Shown in pieces: positions 46,786 through 62,033 of a DNA stretch of 64,000 nt. The notes below the pieces were generated by a model. It was not told the DNA's origin. It worked only from the letters and a program-made list of their open reading frames with translations, and did not search any database. The stretch spans positions 1,612,001-1,676,000 of the forward strand of contig CM022673.1 in the NCBI GenBank assembly GCA_012295275.1, written 5' to 3'. The translations under genes were made by a program, and so were the position numbers. The number at the start of each line of letters is the position of its first letter. Position 1 is the first letter of the stretch. Source of the stretch: Chrysomallon squamiferum (lineage: Eukaryota; Animalia; Mollusca).

Positions 46786-49387
46786 ATCTACACAACCACA
46801 AGCTTATCACAGACTGATATGAAATGTACAATATGTTTTAACACTTGCCATTGTTTTATAACAGTTGTAAAATAATAATAAAGCTTTCAGAACAGTTGAA
46901 TATATCTGTAAACATAACAATACACTAGTTAACAAAAATCAGACAATATCATAAAACACCTGTGAGATAATATCTAATTCAGTTATAAAGCATCAAACTG
47001 GACATAAATATAATGCAAAAAAAAAAAAAAAAAAAAAAGTAGTAATAAAAAAAAAAAAAAAAAAAATTCAAAATTATAAATGATAACAAAATTAAAACAA
47101 TAGGATTACAGCAGAAAAGATAGTAACATACATTTCTGTACGTATGTCATTATTTGCATTTTTTTTAAATAAAATTATATGCTCTTTCATCAGCTAACAA
47201 TTTTTTAAAAATACATTTCCTTTAATTTAAACATTCTTTCAGTGGTTTTCCAGATTTTTAACAGTTATCAGTCTCTTGATTTATTCTTAATAAAATTAAA
47301 TGATTTTAAACTGTAATCATAAAACAATTATAAAAAATGAATTTGTTTATAATTTTTGGGTCTATGCTTTTATTCATTTATTTATTTCCAGAACTCTTTC
47401 TTTTCAATGATACTGTTGATTTTGTTGTTTTTCTTTTTCTAAACTGATTTGTTATTGTCACGTGTTTTAATCAAATGTGAAATTTGGGCAAGATAACAAT
47501 TTTACAACCTTTCATTACTAGCTGCAAAATGCTTTCCCCTTACTTCTTTACTCAAAAACACAAAATAGAATATAGATAATTTTTTAAAGTCATTTTTACT
47601 TTAATTTAAATATTAAGTATAAACTTAGAAAGTTCCAAACCTGGGTGGGTATGCCTAATTAGCATCTGCTATTCAAATTATGGGCTAAAATGTTTATGCC
47701 ATTATAACTGGCATCCAATAATGTCTAGGACAATCCTGTACAAAAACTATCTCAACATTGCCATTATTATTAACTCAAACATTTGATAAAAACAGTATTA
47801 TATCAGGTTTGTCAACTATAACTCACTGAAATTTAACCTCATATCTCAAAAAACACATTTAAAAACTTTTTATCAGATGTTGATTTTGGCCTTATCCTTC
47901 AACTACTAGAGATATCAACACAAAATGTTAGCCAATAATGAACTATCCATATCTTTGATCTTTTTTTTTAGAAATTTATTAGAAAGTTTTAAGATATGAA
48001 GTGTTAAAAGTTCTGTGTATCTTGTTTTAAGGGGGAGGGTCACATAAACACAAACAAATATCAAAAGTAAGATATATCTATGAACATTTTCAATATGAAC
48101 ATAAAAATGTAATCAATACAAATTAAAATTTAAATAAATAAAATAACTTGGTAAATGTCAGTAGTTGATAATCTGAAGAAAATTATATATTATTCAAAAA
48201 TAACGAATATCAACTACAGAAAACTATTCTTATGAATTACTCTTTCCAAAAGACAAACATTATTAATATTTGAAAAACACATTTAAAATAATCATTGTTA
48301 AACAAACAAAAAATACTGAACAAAAACCATTTGATTAAGTTTATCATTTTGGATATATTATATTTTAACTTGCTAAGGTTGATCCTTCTAAGCATATATG
48401 TGGTTAAAAAAAATGGATACTTTCAAGCCTTGTTTTTTATTGACACACATAACAGAAAACATTAATTCAATAACACAGCACTACCAATGACAAATTAATG
48501 ATAAATGGAAAAAAAAAAAAATAATAAAAAATATATAATTAAACATTAATTTATGCTTATATAAAAAAAAAATAATAATAATAAAAACGTAACTATTTTT
48601 TTTCTTTTTCTTTTCTTAGAAAAAAATTGTTGCAGTAATAATATAATAATGGTAACAACAACAATAATTACCAATAACAATTATACAAAAAAACAAACAA
48701 AAAAAAACACCCTAATACATTATTTTTAATAGAACTGTCTAAACAAATTTCCTGTGCATATATTATTTTTATACACTAATCTGAACATTTCAATTAAAAC
48801 AAGTTGTAATGTAAGAGATGAGGAACATAAAGGTGAGAAAGTGCAAAATTCTCTTTCTCTTTTAAGTATTTATTTAGGAATAAAGATCCATAAATTCTCA
48901 TCACTGGGAAGAATTTTCAGAAACATCAACTGATAAGGACAGTTCCACAGATAATAGAAAGGTGGGTACCAGAAGACAGATCGATACATATCACAAAATA
49001 TTATTTTCACCTTTTTTTGTTTTTGTTTTGAATTCTTTTTTTTTTTTTTTTGATCAGTAAGCCTTGTTGGATTACAAAGTACCGGTACACATTAATATTT
49101 ATTTTTCCAATCATAAATAAAATGAATTATTCCCTGAAAGCAAAAAGTGGAGATATCCAAGTATATAGTGTAACTCAGAATACACAGTTTGGCACAGCCT
49201 GCATTAAAAGGTATCTTGACAGTTTCCCAATGAATCGATTACGAGATGAAGTAGTAGACACAATAAGCAAAACACCCACTCTTTAATAATTAAATAAAAC
49301 AAAAATCTTCCAAGACTTCATAATGTGTCAGGAATCAGATCTCACACAGAGCACAGACATTTTTTCTTTTTTTCTTTTTTTGGCAGA

Positions 49388-51671
49388 TTAACCTGTTAAA
49401 GGCCGGAGATCAACACGAACTTTCTCATAACTACTCATCATTCCGATAGTAGGGTAGAATCCTCCCTTTGGTATGCAAGTACTTCGCTTTCCAAGAATTT
49501 TACCATTTCGTGTGAAAAATATCTGTGAGAGGAAAATTAATAATAGTAAAAAAACTGAGGCTATGAATAAATTTTTTTTTTAAATAAATTGAATTGTTGG
49601 TTTCATTTATGTAAAAGTAGCTAAAGCATAACATTTAAAAGAGATAAACAATTATTCTCTTTGTTATTTTTAAAGCCATATTATTAAACGTATCAGCTAA
49701 GAAGAATGTTAAAATAAATATTTTACAATATGAACAAAAAAGTATATTTCAATGAAGATACCTAAAAAAAACAAAAAAAACAAACAATAAAAAACAAAAA
49801 ACATTAATAAAAAAAATAACAAAAAAAAAACCAACAAAAAATGATTTGATCTAAATGCCTGAATGACAGTACCTGAACCTTGGTGCCTTTCTCTTCTTCT
49901 TGTTGCCAGGGTTGATCGTTTTCTTCATCTGAACTTTCCCAGGCATCGTCAGCATAGATTTCTTCAGGTTCCTCTGGAGATAAGTCACTGTCAGCCTCAC
50001 TGTCATAGTCAGCAGGGAAGAGAATTCCACACCCCATTATATCACCTGTTAAATCAACACAACGATGTTAGTCAAAGAATCCCAGTTGTTTTTTCTAAAA
50101 CAGTTTCAGTTTCAATTAAAACTAATTTTTATGTTAGTAATGAGTGAAAAAAAGATGAAAACTGCATAATTCCACCTCTGATTTAGGTATCAAAAATGAA
50201 GTTCAAGTCAGTCGAGAGGATTTTCACAAATATCAGGTGATAAGCACAGTTCCATATATAACATCAAGGTTGGAACCAGGAAGACAAGATCTATATGTAT
50301 CACAAAATATTACTTTCACCCATTCTTTGTATTAATATTTTAAACACTGCATATGTATAAGGCTAACAATAATATTGTTTTACCTATCAATTGTCATAAT
50401 TATGAAGTGCATACAGTGATGTGAATAGCTCACTTAAATACACACTGTATACTTTCAAATAAAGAACAGAAGAACACGTGTTTTAAAATGTCAAGAATGT
50501 GGGCTATTTACCTCCTTTACTGACTGAGGACAGGCAATTTTCGGCATGATTTATTTGTGTTATTACATCTAATCTAATGTAGTAACAATTTCTGTTTCCT
50601 TGCTTTAAGTTTTCATACAAATTAAATTGTTAACTCACATCACACATATGCTTTGAATTTATTTTACAAATAAAAATAATCTTAAACATTATCAATAATA
50701 CAATGCACCTATTTGTAAGTTTAAATGACATTTAAAAACCAAAAATAAACGAGCCTACCTGTATGACATTTTGGACCAAACTTTTCACCAAATCCTGAAC
50801 CAACAAATATTTTGCCATCATCTGAAAGTAATGTTAATTTGTTAAATATTTTTAGTACTTAATTTGTTTTAACTATCTGAAAAGAAAAGTCTTTCTCTTT
50901 TTTTTCCTATTTTCAAATGTATCAATTGGCACATTATACCAATTTATAGAATTTTACTATAACATTCTTTTTTTTTTCAAATTCCTTCAAAAATTAAAAA
51001 CATTTAAATAAAATTACAGATGAAAGGAAATAAAGTATTGTTCAAATTAGTATTTTTCATTTGGAACAGAGAAAGCATAATCAACCCAAACTGTCCAAAA
51101 CAAACAGTTTAACATTTCTATAGTATTACAAGCAACAAAACCAGTACATTACCTGCATGATAGGCTATTGATCCCCTGTTCCATCCAGGATGTCTCTGTT
51201 TCGGGTAATTCTGAAATAAGAAATATCGATATTCATTAAAGAATATTCAATACAAAATGTTTTTAACTGGGTTTTTTTGTGAATCATTCTACAAATGAAT
51301 ACAAGTTAGTGATTTAAAATGACACTTCACTTTCTAAACTTGTTAAGTGGTTTATTACAAAAAATGTCATATATACCCTTCTTGCTAATCCAATAGCAAT
51401 ATAACAGTTCTCTCCTGGGTCAACTATTTCCAACTCAAAGTAATGACAGGTTGTATCGAGAGCAGTTTTAGCCTGAGCCAGTCCCACATCATGAATACTT
51501 TTACCACGTCCTGCATACTCCAACAGCTGAAATTACATACATCCATAATTTGTATAATATATTTGAGTAAAGCTTCATTTTCTTTCCCCCAAAACAGAAA
51601 ACTGATAATTTTTTATTCACCTTCATATAGATAACATATATGATAATAGTCACCCATAAACTAATTTATCA

Positions 51672-51713
<42 letters not shown>

Positions 51714-54223
51714 ACACAGAGTCAGATTAACCATGTATGTTTGCTCACTCCAGACAATGATGTACATCTTTCCTGGTTCCAAAATTCATCTGAAGATTAA
51801 TTATCAAATTCAAAATATAGAATGCACATACCCTGAAAGCCTTAAACAATTTTTTTTGACATGTATTTCTATACATTTAATTCAAAAATGTAAACAGAAT
51901 TAAAATATTTTTTAAAAACCCACAGCTTATATTATTATTTCCTAAAATCTATTTTCTAAAATTCAGTTATCTGATTCTGCTTACTGAGCCATTCAACTTG
52001 ACATCGTGCAGTCTGTTCCATTCATCCTCACTGTCCACAGCCATCTGTGTCAGTTCTTCAGACGACCACTCGGCATCCATTATCAGTCGAACCTCCTCAC
52101 CCTCAGAATGCATCCCCACCGCTGGGTACAGACCTCCAGGGGGAACATTAATCATTACACTGCCAACCTGAAGAGAAATGGTAATACAGTTTCTTTAATA
52201 TGAAAACAATAAAATGCCAAGTGAAGTTAGATCAGTAGTAGTGTCTTGTGAAATACAATCTGAATTTCTGTCAGAAAGCTTCAGCTGTCTGATTTTGATT
52301 TACAACAACAAGCAAAACTCAAGTGCACATCAAAACATTTTCACAAACTGATGCTGTCCAATATGGTCCAACTTTATGTTTAAGGTAAAAACCAAACAAA
52401 TATTTTTTGTTAATGTTTTGTTTCTTTTAACCCACATCAAGCATTAAGTAAATGTTTATTTCAAGCCTCAGAAATGAAATGAAATTTGAACAATAACTTT
52501 AGAGAATTAATAATTGGAAATAAATAGGAACAAGTCATTTACCCAAATTGTAAAAAAAAAGAAACCAGTTAATATTTTAATTTACCTCCCTTCCATTCCG
52601 AGTAAAGAAGACATTGACTACTTGAGGTGAAGCTGCTGGTTCTCCTTCACCACCACACAGCTTAATACCACACCCAATACGATCACCTGCGTGACATTTT
52701 GGTCCGAATGCCTTGCCAATCCCACAGGATTTATACAATCTGAAAAGATACAAACAAAACTTATTTAATCACATGTATCAAACTTTTTTATTCTGATTTT
52801 GAAATTAATCTATTAAAGAAAGGAAAGAAACAGAATCAAATCTTTTAATGTAAAGAAAAGTGTGATATTTACAATAATATATATATTTTTTTAATTTTGC
52901 CTATGATATTACTTCTTTTAAGAAATTTATGCATTTTGATTATGCTTTAAAAAAAAAAAACGTGTCCATTGTACATGTTTTGCACAGGTTTAAATTAACA
53001 ACTGAAGTTATGTGCTAAAGGTAATACAGTGATTTATCAATAACATTGTAACATGAAGAAACTGCAATACTTACTTGCCATCATCGGCATGGTAACCCAC
53101 TGAACAAGCATTCCAACCTGGCTGAGCTTCCAAGCTGTACCGAAAAGGAACGAGCCCCACACCTGAACAAAAATCTCTCTTTATATAATACTGTTTACAA
53201 TTTACTTGTATGTTACCAGTCACCATTATTTTTATTTTATTGATTCTAAATTTGTTTTAACAATAAGCTGTTCATGAAAAAGTCTTCCTTTCAGTTATTA
53301 AATGGAAGATAATAATCACAAGATGTATTAATTAATAGAATTAAGTTTTAAAAAATCCTTAAATAAAAGAGATCCAAAACTAAGACAGTAACATACCAAT
53401 ACAGCCTAACATTCCTGTGTCAACAATCTCGACTTCAAAGTAGTTATCCTGTGCTGTGATTGGAGTAGCAGCCATGTATAACCCAACTTTGTTTGCATCA
53501 TTTGGTATAAAACTGAAACACAAATAAAGTATATGTGTATATGTCACCACTCAACTTAAAAACTGTATCTCGAATCAATTTAACAATATGAGGATGCAAC
53601 ACTAAAACTGTGAAAGCTAGATTTATATTTCAGATATAACTGATAAAAACATTATAAGATTAATTTATATAAATTAAAGTGAAGATAACATCAAAATAAT
53701 TAAACCTATTTTAAGGATCTTAAAATCTGCTGCGTGAGAGATTTCAGTGCCATTTAAAAAAACGTATGACAGAATTTATATTTGTTTAAATGCTAACAGA
53801 ATCAACAATACCATGCATTTATATGTCTCCTCCTTCAGTAAAAAAAAATAAATTCTTGTTTAACATCAACACATCTCCATTTTCAAAGTTTGTTAGATTA
53901 CCATAAAACTGTTTTTCTTTGAAAATAATTTTAATGAAACAAACGTATTGAAATTTTGTTGTTTTTAAAAAAATAATAATAAATTATAAAACTAGAAAAT
54001 AAATATAAAGCTCTTTGACAATTTAAATATACAAAATTTTTGAATTTGAAATTCTGTTTTTATTTTTATTTCACCATTAAACATACCTGAGAACATCACC
54101 ATCAACAGTAAGTCTTTCAAATCGTGGGTGCTTTGGCAAAGCTCTCAAATTGACATCTCGGAATCGCTGGTTATGTCGAACTCGACACACATTTAGAATC
54201 TGATTTCTGAGAAATGCCTCCAT
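49388..54223 (-). CDS. SPRYD3: SPRY domain-containing protein 3; 10 coding exons, 418 aa, two SPRY domains with an acidic insert
   Basis: Exons 54087-54223, 53397-53512, 53075-53162, 52586-52739, 51985-52167, 51377-51526, 51153-51210, 50759-50821, 49873-50045, 49388-49522. Motifs YFEVEIVD, PGW...GYHADDG, GDRIGCG, FFTRNG, GLYPAVGMHSEGEEV, GRGKSIHDVGLAQA and C-terminal VRVDLRPLTG. Kozak context ACCATGG. A probable non-coding first exon ends at ~54936 (donor GTAAG). Confidence 0.93.
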
Positions 54224-55199
54224 GGTCACTTGTGGTTGTCAAACAAAAGTCATATCAGAAGTTGTAAATTAAAACCTAGGTGAATAGAAGGAAACAGTAA
54301 TAAAATATTTATTTTGTTTACTTTATGTGTATGAAGTTTTTATTATTTAATCTATTGAATATGTATGTCTTAATTTGATAATAAAAACAATATACCAGAA
54401 ATTGTATTGAGTTTGTTTTTGTTTTTTCAATATTTTTTTTTCCCTAAAAAACACATTTTTCAAAAATAAATTACAAATATCCTTGAATTTACATTTTGGC
54501 AAATATTTTTAAAAGCTAGAAAATTAATTTGAACTTTCTGGCTGTGAAATATGTTCAAAATCCATATCACTGTCACTGATAACCATTCAACTATATAAAA
54601 TTTATGAAAAGACAGGACATTTTTAACACCAGACAAGTATCAAAGAACATTACACTTAAATATAATAGAATTTAAAATAAATAAATAAATATACAGTTTG
54701 ACTGTGATACAGTTATCAGTTTAAAACTTCTATTAAAATGTATGTGATATAATTACATATAATCATCTCTTTAACTTTAGTTTCACTTTCAATTTTAAGT
54801 AATAAAAAAAAATTATTTTTAAAAATATCATATGCATATTATTATATATCTATGTTTAATCAACAAGTAAATGAAGTAAATAGTGATTTTCAAAACAGTT
54901 CTATTAAAACAATTACGTTCGAATGAATGTCTTACATTATCCGATTTATCGTATAATCAAAATTCTTCCTGTGTGGGGCGTCGAGAATTTTAATTCCTTC
55001 AACTGGGGGAACTGCGTTCTTTTCCTCGTTTCGAGTTCTTTCACCACCGGCTGGTCTTGCAGTTTTGAATCCAATTTTGTTTTTAGTTTTCTCCGGTATC
55101 TGTTACAGCTAGCAATTTGACAAAGGTAGATGAAAAATTACGAAATTGAAGCTTATTTATATTTATAAGTCAATTTCGTTTAATTTGCTTTTAGAAATT

Positions 55200-55305
55200 G
55201 ACTGCATGTCTAAACCGGAAGCATTTGTCTTCGTTGTCCTTTTCTTTCCCACGTACATTCCATTTATCGATAAAGGCATCTACTCATTGTCTGTGACTCA
55301 TGGTT
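55200..55305. promoter_or_regulatory. Likely SPRYD3 proximal promoter with ETS, DRE and AP-1 motifs
   Basis: ACCGGAAG at 55214-55221, TATCGATA at 55265-55272 and TGACTCA at 55294-55300, in a CpG-containing patch upstream of the presumed first exon. Confidence 0.5.
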
Positions 55306-56276
55306 GTGAAATCGCTTCTTATTGCCAATATTTGAGTTTATGGTATAAATTAAAAAAAAAAAAAATATATATATATATATATATATTTACATATAATCTT
55401 GTAACACCTTAATTCAATTTTAAAAAACACTAATATAAAACATACTGATTATATAATCAGTAAGTATCATCTGAGTAAATGATACACATTATTATTGCTA
55501 TCGTTGTTGTTATGTAGATACTTGGTAATATTACCAAGTAGTTATATAAAAACAACAACAACAGCAATAATAATACATTCCATTAACTCAAATTTGATCA
55601 GTTGATTTTTATCAGACATATCTAGTGCTATAATTCAGTTATTTCATTTGACTCGTTACCAAGAGACATTACAAATTATGTTTATTAACGTATCAAAAAT
55701 ACCTCAATACTTTATTATTCTTTTTTTTTTATAAAGTCCAAATATAACTTTTAAATAGATACTTTCTTTTGTCAAATCACCAGCACTGGTTTTGAAAACC
55801 AGCAAACAAAGAAAATAAACTGTTAAAAAAGAAAGTTCTGGAAAAATAAAATTAAATGAATGATCTGTCCAAAATAATAAATTACATGAAACATATGTAA
55901 TTTAATCTGGAAGTGTTTACTTCTTCCTAAAACGTGATGCAAGTAGTAATTTAGATAAAAATATCAGTTGCATAAAAATAATCCTTCTTCATGCAGTTAT
56001 TATAATTGTATATTAATTTATTTATTTATTATATATTTATTTTTTATTTCAACTTAAATAAATACCCAGGCATTTTTAAAGCACTTTGTGAAAGAACTGT
56101 TTATTTGTTACTCTTCCTATCGTCATTATTTTCCAATACAGTTAAAGAAAAAAGAAGAACAGAACACAAATCAGTATCTGTTTATATTTTATTACTGACA
56201 AAAAAAAAGAAATACGAATGCTTTAAGTACATTTTTATTGCATAATACATTATCTACTATTAGGAACAACAATATA

Positions 56277-59200
56277 TTAATGAAACTGAGATTCATATGC
56301 TTTGAAACCAGCTTCTTGGTACATTCTGGCAGCCATTACAGGATCATCTGCTTTGTAAATTCCTCTACCAACAATTATAACATCACTGTGGTTATTAGTG
56401 ATTACTTGCGATGGGGTCAAATAACTCTGATCAAGATTATCTTTGCCTTCTTTCATCTGAACACCTAAAATATTTAAAGTAATAAATTATCAACATGATT
56501 CTAATCTTAAATAATAAGAAAGAATAATGTAGAGACTGAATATACTGTATATACTTCTGTATATACTTCTGTTTAAAACACTACATAGGCAGATTTGAAG
56601 ACAAACAAATATTTAATAAATTGCAATGATCTCACCCTATTGTATTTAGCATTATTTTTTTTAAATCTGCTGTCAAAAGGCACACAATATTAGTATTTCT
56701 ATCTGGTAGTTTGGGGTATATTTCTGAATTAACAGCAATTTTAATGAATACACCAATAATGTTTTGTGAAAATATATTATTATATTAAGGATTCAGGACA
56801 GAACATTTAAAAGTGTGCATTTGTTAAAAATATATATATATTTTTCTTTTTGTCAAGTCACTGCTAATACTTACTTAATGCTGTGAAAAATTAGTGTTGT
56901 GTGATAAAAAGCAAACCTGGAGTCATATGAATAAAAGCTGGATCTGCTGAGACCTGGGACTGACAGATATATCCTATGACAAAATCTTTGTTTTCCTCTC
57001 CAATTCTTACACATGCTGTATAAAAAAAACTTTTTTTAAATTATTTTCTCTTTTAATTTTTAACATTGCATTTAACATTTTGACAAATTTTTAATTTTTT
57101 TCTCTCTACAGTAAAAATAATTTTGAAAAAAAACAAACAACTTTACATTTCTTTGAATCAAAATACGTTTTGAGAAAAAAGTCTGAAATTGACAATAATG
57201 AATAAAAGATAAAAATCCAAATTAAAAACATGGATTAGCTGTTGAATAAAATACATGCAATTTGAATATCCATGAATGAGTAACCATCTCTAAAATTTTA
57301 AAATAAAATGCTTTTTGTAATAAAGCAGAATATTTTATATATATACCTTTTGTATAATCACCACTTGCTAAATTTCCAGCAGAGCTCATTTCTGCAATTA
57401 GAACACAGGACTTTCCTTCTTTCATTCCAACCTGACAACAAAAGAAAGTTTAAAAAAATGAAATAATGGTAACAGAATAAAAGAGGTGGTCAAATGAAGT
57501 GATTTGTTACAGGTTTTGATAAACTGGCTGTGACAAATCAAATTTAAAACAAAATAATCTCAACTGCCATCAGTACAAAATTAAAAAAATTATTGCACAT
57601 CATCCAGTGATAAATGACTTCAAATCAGCCTTTAGAAATGAAATCAAAATCGAGTTTATCATAAAGAATGAATATTTATTTTAACAATTTCAGTCGCAAT
57701 TGTTACGGATAAATCATAAATATGTTTTGGTGATGACATGTTAGAAACAAAAATCGGTGCTATCAATCAGAAGTAAGATATCTATAATACATGTAGTCCC
57801 CTACTTACAACTGAGTTACATAGTCTTCTGTCACGTAGAAGTACAAACAGATTTTGTTGCAAAGAACGTAAACAGAAGATCAGCCCTGGGTATCTTTCTA
57901 CAATCAAGAAATCAGGTGACACAGTTTTCAAAAGCTAATGTATGAAATCATTAGCAAGTTTTTAAGCTGAAGCATACCTTTGTGACTAAATTTTTTAATT
58001 TTAAATTATCAATCACTTTGTTCACCTCTTTTAGCCCTTTCACAACACCCTCTCCGGGAACAACATGGGCATTTGTGATATCTGCCCACTCGCTGATCTT
58101 GTAAATTCCACCACTGTACTGGTGCTTCACAGTGTTACCAATGTCAGCAAATTTTCTGAAAGTTGATAATATAATGTAAACTTTCCTTATTTGTATAATA
58201 AATGTTTTTTTACAATTAAATAACAATAATAATTATTTACAAAAACACTTGGAAACCCCCCCCCCATCTAAGCCAATCCTTTCTATCCACTGAATATAAA
58301 AACTGAAAAATATAATAAATAATACACAATGTTTCAAAACTGATGTAATATATACATACTCGAGTCAAAGATCGTAAGCTAACATTACTGGATCAATTGT
58401 CAAATAGCAATATTTAGTGAGATGATTTTCTACCTTGGTGCAGATTACTAAGTTTGTGATTCATCCTACCTGTCTTCAAAGATGAGAAAATTATGTTTCT
58501 TGGCAAGTTTTCTTAGTTGTTTGATGAAGTCGTGTGTAAAATCTTCCAAAATATCCACGTGTGTTTTAACCATACAGATGTGTGGACCAACACTATCAAC
58601 CATCTATATTGGACAAAAAAAATTACTTAAAAAAACACCATAAGAAAACAATATTTATATACTTTAAACATTAATTTATCTTTATAACCACAATTTTGAT
58701 GACTTCTGTTCTGTAGCCAAATCTCTGGTGTATTGTTTCAAATTTTCATTTATCAAGTATTGTCAGCCTCCACAATGACATCCATCTCAACAGAGAAGAG
58801 GTTAAAATATTTATAGATATGATCTTTATAAAAATTGTCTTAAGAGGAAAAACAAATGATAAAGTAGCTGTCAATATCTCTCATTATTGTTATGATTCTT
58901 AATTTAATGAATGATGCCACATAAATGTAGATTAAAAATATATACAATGTGTTTTATTACCATAAATTTTATTTTTAATATACCTTTTTCTTGAATTATT
59001 ATTAATACTGGTGAATTTACCATCAGGAGGCTTTGACTTGTAGTTAGGTCAGCTGAGAAAGCTAGGTTGGTTTTTTTCATTTCCATAATTTCAAATAACT
59101 TTTTGGCATTTGCATTGTGACAGTATTCTTTTCTTTCACTAAATCTTAAAAACTGTTTCAGTAAAAAAATAAATAATAATAATAATAATTACAGTAATAA

Positions 59201-59888
59201 AAACTGAATAATGTTTATAAATTGAAAGAAATATTCTCATAAAAGTTAAGGATTACAATCTGAATAAATGTTAACTGAACAGATAACTTTACATTCTTTT
59301 ATAAAGAGAATTATTGAAACTATTAGTAGTTTAAATCATTGTCTTTTTAACCATATGTAAGTTAAACAACACAAAAAATATTTTTATTTGTTAAAAATAT
59401 ATATAAAATAAGACATAAATAAAAGATTATATACTGCAGTCTAATATAATTTTGAGAAGAATGCATTTTTAATTCTTCTAAATTAAACCAAAAAGATATA
59501 CAGTATGCAAAAAAGATGAGTGAAAAAAAAAAAAAGAAATTAAAAAAATTATAAATTCCATAAATTTTACCGTTTTACTTTTTTTGTTTGACACGTCACT
59601 GTTATTTGCATTATAAGCGACCATTTTTTTGCCAGACAGGATTGGTTCAAATTTATTTTGACCAATGAAATCCATTGTCTTTTTTACCATCTCATTATTA
59701 AGTTTACCAGCTTTTTGCAGAACTTCCAACACCTTAGTAAGACTGCAAACACTTTTTAAAGAAGAAAAGATAATGAAAACTAATTTAAATATATACATGT
59801 ATTAATATATATATTTTTTTGTATTCATTTATTTATTTTATAAATCTTATTTTAAATGTAATTTATTAACTTCTTTTTTGAAAAAAAA

Positions 59889-59944
<56 letters not shown>

Positions 59945-61183
59945 TAAAAATATGACTTAAATGAATATTGGATCAAAAATGGAAAAATGAAAAAAAAAAA
60001 GTGATTAATATTTTATACCTAAATATTAAAAATAAAATATGATGCATTATAATTAACAAAATATAATTCATTTGAACATATACTGAAGATCAGTAATGAT
60101 ACCTGGTGCATTTTTGTGGCAGTCAACACAGAGCTAGTTATTGCAAACACAGTCCTCACTGACTCTGGTGTCAAGAGAATACAGAAAAATGCTATAATAC
60201 AAACAAACCTGTGTAAAGTGACACCTTGACTCTTCAGCATGTCTGCTCCTCCTTGATCTCTATCCAGTAAGACAACGGCATCAGTCACCACAATACCAAC
60301 ACTCTTCAGTGCCTACAGAAAATTGAAAACATAATTTAAAAACAAAAATTAGTGATTATCCATTACCTATTTACAACAGCAGAGAAGGTTAATTTGCTTC
60401 AAAAAACTATGAAAATGTATCTTATCATTACTGTAAATATTTATTTAAATTGGGAAGTCAATTTGCATGCAGAAAGGTCAAATTTAATACAGAAAAAAAA
60501 TGCATTGTTTGTAATGGATTCATTACTGTTGGTAGGTTTCATCAAATTGTTTTTAAGAATGAAAAGCTGAAGATACATTGTTATAAAGTAATATTACAGA
60601 TTAAATAAACTCAAATACTACGAAGCATTGAAAATATAAATTATTTCACAGTATGACCATTACCTATATCTGTAAACTAAATGTTAATTTTTTTTTTCTC
60701 AAATGAATAAAACTTAAGATTTTTTTTCTAGCACAGTACTTAAAATATCTACTGAACACAGAATTAAAAATTTATCAGACTAGCATTACATTTTTGATTG
60801 AAATATTGTTTTAAAAAACTTTATCAAGATATAGTGGATCACAAATTTTCTAATAAAATCACAACAAATTAAAACAACTGATTCATGACAACAGCTTAGA
60901 AAGAATTTAAAAATTTTACATACTTCTACAGTTTCCATAACACTGGTGCCACTTGTGACAACATCCTCAATTATAAGACATTTTTCCCCTTTCTCAAACT
61001 GGCCTTCTATTAATTTCTTTGTACCATAATCCTTCGCCTCCTTCCTTCTTATTAACATAGGAATATTGTGTTTCACTGAAATACACTGAAATATAATACA
61101 ATTTTTTTTTTTTAAATTGTTATTCTTCAAACAGAAGAAATAAAAATGTATGTTTAATCCAAACATTAAAACTTATTTTTGAA

Positions 61184-61224
<41 letters not shown>

Positions 61225-62033
61225 GCAGTTTTTTAGTTTTGTGTTTCATATACATAATCCAATAGTGTATAAAGACACATTTAGAAATTTCTTTTTAATT
61301 AACTAATGGAACTGTAAATAATAATAAATTAATTTTAAAAAGATTATCTTGTTTTCATAACCTTTCTGGTCATTAAAATTATACAGTATATGTTTGGGAA
61401 TAATTTTTAAAAAATTGTTCTTTACTGTTGCTAGGGGAAGTGCTGTGTATGGGACACCACATAGAGATTTAAATGTCTGATCTGCCTTTTTCGATGTCTC
61501 CCATAAAAAATCAGCAACATTCAACTGAAAATAAATAACAATATTTCTAAGATAAAATTAATAGAGTATGACAAATAACATTCATGTTCACATAACGATT
61601 ATAATTTGTAATTTAATAACATATTTTTTAAAACTTCCTTTTAGTTTTATTTCACAATACACTTTTTATTATTATTTTTATCTAAACATTAATAAAATAA
61701 AACAATAATAGTGTCATTACATCATTTAAACACTTTTTAAAATGTTTCACTACTACGAAGAAAATTCATAATATTTATACTATTACACGGAAATAACAAT
61801 TTGATATTATATTTAAAATTGACAAAATAAACTGTTGAACGAGACCCTAATAGCCCACGTGTTTTATATACCATCAAATGTGGATGTGAAATGATAACAC
61901 GCAGATCAAAATAGACAGGTGATTCAATTCCAGCTTTTAAAATAAATGATCCAAATTTCACTGCCTGAATGTCAAATAATTTCAAAATAAGTTCGTCGAT
62001 AGTCATCAAGTTGATACTTGAGTGCGCAGCCAT
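56277..62033 (-). CDS. UMPS: Bifunctional UMP synthase (orotate phosphoribosyltransferase plus OMP decarboxylase); 11 exons, 491 aa
   Basis: Exons 61872-62033, 61426-61524, 60924-61085, 60209-60312, 59571-59751, 59021-59152, 58470-58603, 58026-58155, 57347-57431, 56917-57015, 56277-56464. OPRTase motifs [26 protein letters not shown] and the PRPP motif [11 protein letters not shown]. ODCase motifs [26 protein letters not shown] and IIVGRG. Confidence 0.96.
57787..57850. mobile_element. Possible degraded pogo/Tigger-type terminal inverted repeat remnant
   Basis: tacatgtagtcccctacttacaactgagttac resembles TA-CAGGTAGTCCCCGACTTACGAC-type Tc/pogo ends as recalled; no partner end was found. Confidence 0.3.
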
